A stretch of 64,000 bases of DNA from assembly GCA_013265495.1 (NCBI GenBank), contig MU057941.1, positions 1 to 64,000 on the forward strand, written 5' to 3'. Below are positions 56,901 through 64,000 of the stretch, in pieces. The notes under the pieces were generated by a model. It did not search any database, was not told the origin of the DNA, and saw only the letters and a list, made by a program, of their open reading frames with translations. The position numbers and the translations under genes were made by a program. Within the stretch, counting starts at the first letter, position 1. Each line of letters starts with the position of its first letter. The stretch is from Vicugna vicugna (Eukaryota).

Positions 56901-58509
56901 ATTTCCAAATACGGCTCAGCCTCAGCAGAGGGCAGGCTGGCGTCAGAGGCAGCTGCGCCTATTTTGGGCCTGGGGTCTTGGTCCCCTTGGCAACAGGTGT
57001 TGCGAGGTGAAGAACAAGGCATTTACGTGGGTGTTTATTTTGGGGTCATCCTGGCCTCACGCCCAAGGACCAAAGCCAGCCTTTCACAGAACAGTCCTCA
57101 GCCATAAACCTACCATCTCCTCCTCCGTCTCCTAGGGGCCTGCCAGCCTGGGGCCATCTGGGCCTGTTTTACCTCCACCCTCGGGCCTGCTCGGGGGACC
57201 TGCAGGTTCCTGGGAAGCGGGGTTGGGGCGTGCACCCCGCTCTGGGTCTTCTCCCCATAACCTGCACCCGCTCCACGAGAAGTGCCACTGAGCGGAGTCA
57301 GGGCAGGGCAGCAGGGCGGTAGCCCCTTCTCACGCCCATCCCAGTGCCCACGGCCGGCCACGGTGATGAGGGGACGCCTGTCAGGACAAACTGCCTGCGG
57401 CTGCTGGACACCATCCAGGCGCTGTTCTAAACTACGCTACAGACCATTCCCCCACATCCCACGAGGCAGCGAAGACGTGATGGTCCCTTTTGGAAAGTGG
57501 ATTAAAAGGACACGAGCTTTTTCCTGTGTAAGTTTTGCCTTCAGTCCCACAGTAAATCCAGACCACAGGAGGGTCTTAGGTGCGGTGCAGTGAGTGACCG
57601 ACAGAGACAGAAGCCGGGGTCTGAATTCCTGACACAGTTAACCCCCTCGACCTGCGTTCCTGCCCATCCCCCGTCCACCCTCCCAACTCTACGTCCTGTC
57701 CTGCCTTGTCATCCTGAGCAACCTGCTGCCTCTGTTTCATTGTCTCAAATACAAGGTGGAAGAGGAACACGGGCTTTTCTGTGGTTGAACCCTCTCCATA
57801 AGGAAATATTAACAGCAGTTCCGTGTTTTAAATTACCCTGAGTTCCTGAGATAGAAAGACAGTTTGAATATTAATCATTATAGCAAAAGGAAGAGGCAAC
57901 TTTGACAGGTCTCTTCCTGCCTTTCATGTTCTCACTGGAACCCCTCTTTGATTTTAAAGGCTAAAGGTGTGAAGACATGGGACCTGAGGTCACAAGCCAT
58001 CTGGGCAAGAGTATAGTGTTCAAGGCAACCAAAGTCATAGCCAAGTCCATTCAAATGACTTGATACGGCTTCGCCCTCCTGAGTCCTCCTACGTGAAACA
58101 CAACTCGAATCAGTCACTGCTCCTCCCAGACTCCATCAGTGGTCCAGCTGCCTATCAGCTGAGTGCACTTGCCAGAGACTGACACCCACATACACCCCGC
58201 TCGCCCACAAACGTGGCCCTCCTCTGCTCCTCCTGCCCGCCACCTCCATGTGTCAAAGCCCGAGCACATCTCGGGCCCGCCTGTCCTCTGCACCCACCGG
58301 CGGTCAGGGCCCAAGATCTGCACACACTTCCAGGGGCGGGTTTTCATTCCCTCTAGTCTCCCGAAGTCGGAGTTGTTGTGACTTACTGCTGTCTTCCTTA
58401 TCTTTGCATCACAGTTCTTACCCCAGTACATGGTATTTCAAACACAAACAAAGAATTTAGTCACTGGCAGAACTAGCATGAGAACTAAGAGTAGGAAAAT
58501 TCAAGTTCC

Positions 58510-58645
58510 GGGGGGAGGGTGTACATAGCTCAGTGGCAGAGCACATGCTTAGCACGCACGAGGTCCCGGGTTCCGTCCCCAGCACCTCCATTAAATTAAA
58601 TAAATAAATACAAACCAATTACTCCCCACCAACACCCCCCGCCAC
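58510..58645 (+). mobile_element. tRNA-Ala-derived SINE (Vic-1-like)
   Basis: ggggggagggt...tagctcagtggcagagcacatgcttagcacgcacgaggtcccgggttcc...cctccattaaa(taaa)n. Confidence 0.87.
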
Positions 58646-58734
58646 CCGCTGAGTTCCAGTCTTAAAATTGCTTCCAGTTTCTTTCCTAATCTTGGACAGC
58701 TCACTCTGGGAAACGAGAGATCTGAACTATTTCA

Positions 58735-58900
58735 AGGTTCCTAACCAAGCCAGACATCAGGCAGCGTGGCGTACTTCTAAAACACAGAAGAGAGCTCTGC
58801 CCCGGAGTCTGATTTAGCAGGTTGGGCTGGAGCCTGGGGACCTGCATGTAAAGCTCCTCTGGTGATTCTAATGATGTCCCTACAGGGAAACTCTTAGAGC
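58735..58900. mobile_element. MER5-like DNA transposon fragment
   Basis: gagtctgatttagcaggttgggctggagcctgggg...ctgcatgt...ggtgattctaatg. Confidence 0.6.
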
Positions 58901-59364
58901 AGCTATTCTAAAACTGGGACTCCTGGTTACCATTCTTGTCGCTGTGAGATGGGAATTCCTGCCCTGGGTACCCAGCCCGGAGAGCCAGCAGCGTCTCAGC
59001 ATCACCGCTCACACTTCCCCACCTCCGGGTCCCTCTGTTCACCTGTCCCTGGCTGCCCCACCTCCACTGCTGCCTGTGCGAATCCCCAAGTCGTGTCTCC
59101 CACGCATGTGACAACCCCTGTTCTGGACAGCATCTGGGCATTTCTGCCTTCTGCCTGGCATCACCTTCCACTCCTCGGCGCCAGAGTCCCCCGCAAGGTG
59201 GCTCCACTGCTCCGCCAGCTGCCACGGTCCCCGGCAGGGACTAAAGCACTCAGGTTCTCCAGGTGCCAGTGCTGAGGGGTGGCTCTGGCAGAGGGCAGGT
59301 GGGACGTGGGAGAAGGGCTGTGCTGTGGGGCAGAGGTGCAGAGCAGTGCAGAGCCATGCCACGC

Positions 59365-59570
59365 CACACTGGAGCCGAGACGAGGGAAACCCACCAACCC
59401 TGTCCCGTCTCAGTTTGAAATGCTGATATTTTGTTCATCGTGCATTCTTTTACATATACTTTTGGTTTTTAAATTATTGCACTAGAATACTATTACTCTT
59501 ATTAACGACCGAGTTTTTTGTTGCCTCCTTAAATCCTGCACTGACTCACCTCTCCCTAGTCCCAACCTGG
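59365..59570. mobile_element. MER96B-like hAT DNA transposon
   Basis: tgatattttgttcatc...attattgcact...gagttttttg...ccttaaat...ccctagtcccaacctg resembles recalled MER96B. Confidence 0.55.
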
Positions 59571-62500
59571 CCAGAGCAGCGTGTTTTACTTAGGCCCCGT
59601 GTCCTGAGGCGTTACAGCGCCGCTGCTGGTGTGAATGGGCCCCCCGCCGTGCACTCCTGGCACCGGGCTGGGGTGGACAGAGGGCGGCCGCCACGCCGAG
59701 GTCAGTGCACTGCTACGGCTAGGGCCCAGCTCCCCTCAGGCGGCCCCTCATCCTCCCTGTGCACCCATGTCCGCCAGGTCCCCAGAAAGGCCTGAATCCC
59801 AGAACTGCCACTGCCTGGCCACAAGCCAAAGCCCCCGCTGTTGGAGGAGACCAGCCTCCAGTCCCGAGACCAGCGCATCACCCTGCCTTCTCGAGACCCG
59901 CCGCCCTCTGCACGGCTTGACTGCATTCATTTCCTGAGGGAGTCGAATGCCCATGTGGGCCTGGTTCCCTTCCGCCTTGTTCTGGCGGAGGCCCTTTTTT
60001 ATTTTCTCTCCCTTAACGAGCTAGTATTCTTTACAGCTTTTGGTGACATCTCTTCTGATGCTCCTAGTTCCCTTCTGTGGGCCCAGGCACCCCCTGAAGA
60101 GGACAGTGAAAGCGAAGGGAGTGAAACAAGCTGCCACTGAACCAACAGCCATGGCAAGGTCAAAGCATGCCCAGGAGTTCTAAACACCCCAAGGCCCAGG
60201 CCGCACCCACGACCAGCTAAAACACCGTGGGGCTGCAGTCCTCCTCCCCTCTCCTGCCTCTCACCCTCCAGTGCCAGGAGTTTGTAAACCCTCTCAGGTG
60301 AAAAGCTACCTGGCCAAAGGCGAGAACCAGCACTGGGCGGGCTGAGCGCCTGCTGAGCCAAGGCTGCCACCTACAGGCGAAAGCGTGCACTGCTGCCCAC
60401 TGGGCAGAGCGCAGCTGGGAGGGACCGACAGACATCAGAGGCTTTAGGACTTAGAGCCCATCTTCTAATGAGTCTCCCCCTGCCCCATCAATGAGTCTCC
60501 TGTATAAACTTCACGGTGACCTCCAGTCAAAGCCCTTCCAGAGATGTCTCACCTACACAAGCCACAGTTTTCACTGGTGGGGCAGCCCCTGAAGGCTAGC
60601 AAAGTGCTTTGTCGTGCAGCTGAGGTCTGCCTTGAGAACCCTGCTCCCCAGGCCCCGGGTCTGCACTCTGGAGACACACACAGAATAAACCTACCCTCCT
60701 GGCTCATCAGGGGTCGTAAAACAGCCACCATATTCCTTTGGATCCCTGCCTCTCAAGGTGAAGGAGCCCCCTTCCTTGCCCTGCCCCTCCTTCCTGGCCG
60801 TCCTTGTCCAGATGTGCTAGGCTGGCAACATCCTTTCATCATGGGGGACACCCAGAATTTAGCCTAAATTTAAAAACATATAGAGAGAAGTAATACATAC
60901 TCATTGCACAAAATTTTAGCTAAACATAAAGTAGAAGTTTCCTCAATCATCCCATTCCCCTCTCATTCCCAGTGTCAGGGACACGGGGGTGGAGGGGTAC
61001 CACTGTTACAGGTTGAGGGCACCCAGAACTGAATGTCATATTCCTGCAGCAAGAGTAAGGCCTCCTCTTTGGCCTCAGTTTACTCATCTGTAACACGTGA
61101 GTAATTAGAGCACCTTTCATCGCAGTTACTGGTGTGACACAAGTACAGGGCCTAGCACAACGCCTGTCACAACGAAGTGTTGACTACGTGGGAGTTCTTA
61201 AAGGCTAACTGAATCGTCTCAGACCAGAGGTACAAGGTACATTATTTTTCCTCATGATTATATTCACATCACAGTGGAATTCGGTTCCTGTAGGCTAGTA
61301 AAATTAGTCCCAAAGCCCAAATGCTGAGAGCATCTGCTAAGAAGTCGTAAATAAAAAAGGCTCTCAGGAATCTTTTTAAGCCAATTGTGCAGTTGACAGG
61401 GCTTACCAGCAGAGGGCAGTGCTGGGTCAGTTATGGAAGGATTGCCTCCTGGTCCAATGCGGACCCATCAAGCAGCGCAGCTGTGGGTGGGGCTCAATTC
61501 TGGTTCTCTCGGGTTGAGCTGGGGGATCCTCTCTGCAATCTGCGCAGGTCTGAGTTCAGCAGAGCCCCAGCTATCAGATCCTCCACAGCTGGATGTGCCC
61601 AGACTCTTCTCTGGGCCAAGCCACAATTCAAGGCCCTGTCAGGGTTTTCAAGCTCGGATTCTGCTCTCACTTCCTACACCAGGACTTACAGGAACATTTA
61701 CTTCCCTCTGCTTGCTCACCTGCACCCCTGGCAGGTCAGTCCCAAATTACAGCATTCCCCACCGAAACTGGCCCGAGCATCCTTCTGGGATGAGCTCACA
61801 AGAAGAAGCCACAAAGCCTCAAATACCCGTGACATACTCCTGGTCAGACTGCCCTGCTCCTCTGGCCCAATTCAGATGGGTGACAGTGCCCTGCCTGCCA
61901 TCCTGACTCAAACCTCAACCAACCCGGTAAAGAGTCTGACCCAGACCCCAAACCATGCCCCACGTTAAATTCTCCTTCTTTACCCCCTTTCTGCCAAGAG
62001 TTAAATAAAACACAGAGATTCCACTTCCCAGGACAGGTCAGATGTCAAATATCACCTCTCCCTGTCAAATATGCAGATGCTCTTGGACTTGGCAGACCTG
62101 TGTCCTGTTGACTGAGGGGTGGCCCTGCCCCACCCTGCCTGCAGGCTTGCATTCAGGAATGTTTTGACTACGCACACTCTTCAAAGGAAACAAGGGAAAT
62201 GTGCTCTTTCACAATTTCAGTTTTCGAGAGAGGCAAGTGGATGAAGTCCTTGACCTGAGGACTGCAGACTATTTTAAGAAAGGGGAGAGGAAGGATCCAA
62301 AGTATCAAAGGGTTTAGCACAGCTTAAACCAGAGAGATCATAAAATACTTGTGGAGGATTTGCCACTAAGATGGAATTTAGCTGACTGCATGATACAAGA
62401 TGCTCAAGATAGTAATGAAAGAAGGGAAGACGGCAGCCTGTCTAACCACTCCAGGAGAAAGAGGCACACTGCAGAGGTTTGCGCCTGAGTTGTGTTAGGA

Positions 62501-62829
62501 GCCTGGGTCAAGAGGAGGCATGAGGCTTTGGGCCTGATCCAGTTTAGGTACTAACGGTCCCACTCTGAAAAAAAAAATGGGAGGACCAGAAAGGAAATGA
62601 TGGTTAAAGCAAGAGTTAAAAGTCATAAGACAAGATATTCAAGAAGTCACCATGGCCTGGGCAGCAGAGAAAGTCATGTACATCTTACCGAGCCATGGAG
62701 TGTAGAGGCAAGCAGCCTCCCTGCCTCCGGGAGGTCATCATGAGCTGTCAATCATAATGAGCCTAAATTACCAAGAAAAGGTAAAGTACTGTTAACTCTG
62801 CTCTGTTTAAGAAGATAGAAACAAAAAAA

Positions 62830-63060
62830 AAAACTACATATTGAATGATTCCATTCGTGTGAAATGTCCAGAATAGGCAAATCCATGGAGACAGAAATAG
62901 ATTAGCAGGAGTGACTGCTTAATGGGTTTGGAGTTTCTTTTGGAGTGTGGACATGTCCTAGACTTAGACCGTGGTGATGTTTCAGGACTCTGTGAACTTT
63001 TCATGCGTGAATGTTACGGTATGTGAAATATACCTCAATAACGTTGTTTTTAAAAAGAGG
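62830..63060 (+). mobile_element. Old L1 (L1MB/L1MC-like) 3' end
   Basis: atgattccatt...gaaatgtccagaataggcaaatcca...gagacagaaa...tatgtgaaatatacctcaataa. Confidence 0.75.
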
Positions 63061-63745
63061 ATAGGCAGGTATATAATACAACTTACAAATATTCTGTTAG
63101 TCTTCACTGCAAACTTCAACAACAGAAAGGAATTAGAATCACTCACCTGGAGAATTCACAGTGTGGGAAATTTCACCCTCAGGCAACGCTGTGTTTCTAC
63201 ATAACCAACAGAGCTGAGTTCAGTAAAGAGATTGGGGAAAGAAAGTAAAAAATGGGCCTCGTGTAAGAGAACTATGGACACTAAGAGAAGGGACTCAGAA
63301 GATCACATGGTCGTTCAGATACAATCTCTCACTTAACGGATGAAGAAGCAGTCTAACACAGCACAGAAGGGTAAAAGTAATGTCTCTCCCTACCCAGCTC
63401 AGCAGTGCTCTTCCCTGAGCTAATCACTGTTTCAGTTTCCTGTGTATCCTGTAAATGTTCTATCCATGTACAAGTATACACACACACAGAGGCACACACA
63501 TGCACAACCCCTATGGTGCAATCACACTATGAGTGCAGGAAGAAAACTAAATTAATTTTAAGGAAGAGCTTTGTTAACATAATAGCAAGTCCTCAAAGTT
63601 CCTCTACCATTTTTATATGATGGAAGCACTTGCTTTTACTTCAGCTCACTTAAAAACAGGGGGCCACAAGCGGTGGAGCCTGAAATCCAGGGCTGGCAGC
63701 CTCCTGGCACGTGACTCTGAGGGACACCAGCACAGCTCATCAAAC

Positions 63746-64000
63746 TGAAACCAAGCAGGACCCTGCAGGGCCTTCCCAGGGGCAGACTCTCCTGGGCCAC
63801 CACCCCTTCCTTGTTTGTGGAAAAGCATTAGCCCCCTAGGCCTTCCCTGAGTTCCAAGGAGCAAATTTAATCAAAGTGAGAAAATGCAGAAACCAAGGAA
63901 AGCAGTCAAGCAAGACAAAATAATAGTTTAGCCTCAAAACAGACTCAAGGACCTTTAGCTCCTCCTTAAGAGCTGTAGATACTATCCTGAGCCACACCCC
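63746..64000 (+). mobile_element. ERV1-class LTR, 5' part, runs off the window end
   Basis: Starts TGAAACCAAGCAGGACCCTG; ttccctgagttccaa...gaaaatgcagaaac...aataatagttta motifs resemble recalled cetartiodactyl ERV1 LTRs. Confidence 0.6.

Noticed and set aside
56542..61968. 197-aa (56542-57135) and 193-aa (61387-61968) plus-strand ORFs as novel genes
   Set aside because: GTG starts, no recognisable homology, no exon structure; lengths are plausible by chance in GC-rich DNA.

Overview
Mammalian genomic DNA, very probably camelid, judging by three copies of a tRNA-Ala-derived SINE that resembles the camelid Vic-1 family. The window opens in the last intron and last coding exon of SCO1 (+ strand, stop at 4905). 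About 25 kb of repeat-rich intergenic DNA follows (L1, MaLR LTR, MER5, MIR, L2). It then holds a complete, intact embryonic skeletal myosin heavy chain gene, MYH3, on the + strand: TATA at 30148, two non-coding exons, 39 coding exons from 31694 to 51035, all introns GT-AG, 5820 nt CDS (1939 aa), AATAAA at 51135. The last ~13 kb is the start of the MYH3-MYH2 intergenic region, which in mouse holds the fast-myosin super-enhancer and Linc-MYH. I found no convincing new biological system. The most unusual observations are three TSD-flanked retrotransposition products (an L1 whose ORF1 start is fused in frame to the ORF2 end, an L1 with a foreign 3' tail, and a 104-bp orphan poly(A) insert), MYH3 replacements at conserved residues (N362T, V965A, a one-residue tailpiece deletion) that lean weak-to-strong, and clusters of myogenic motifs. 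Comparisons with human MYH3 and repeat-family names rely on recalled sequence and need checking.
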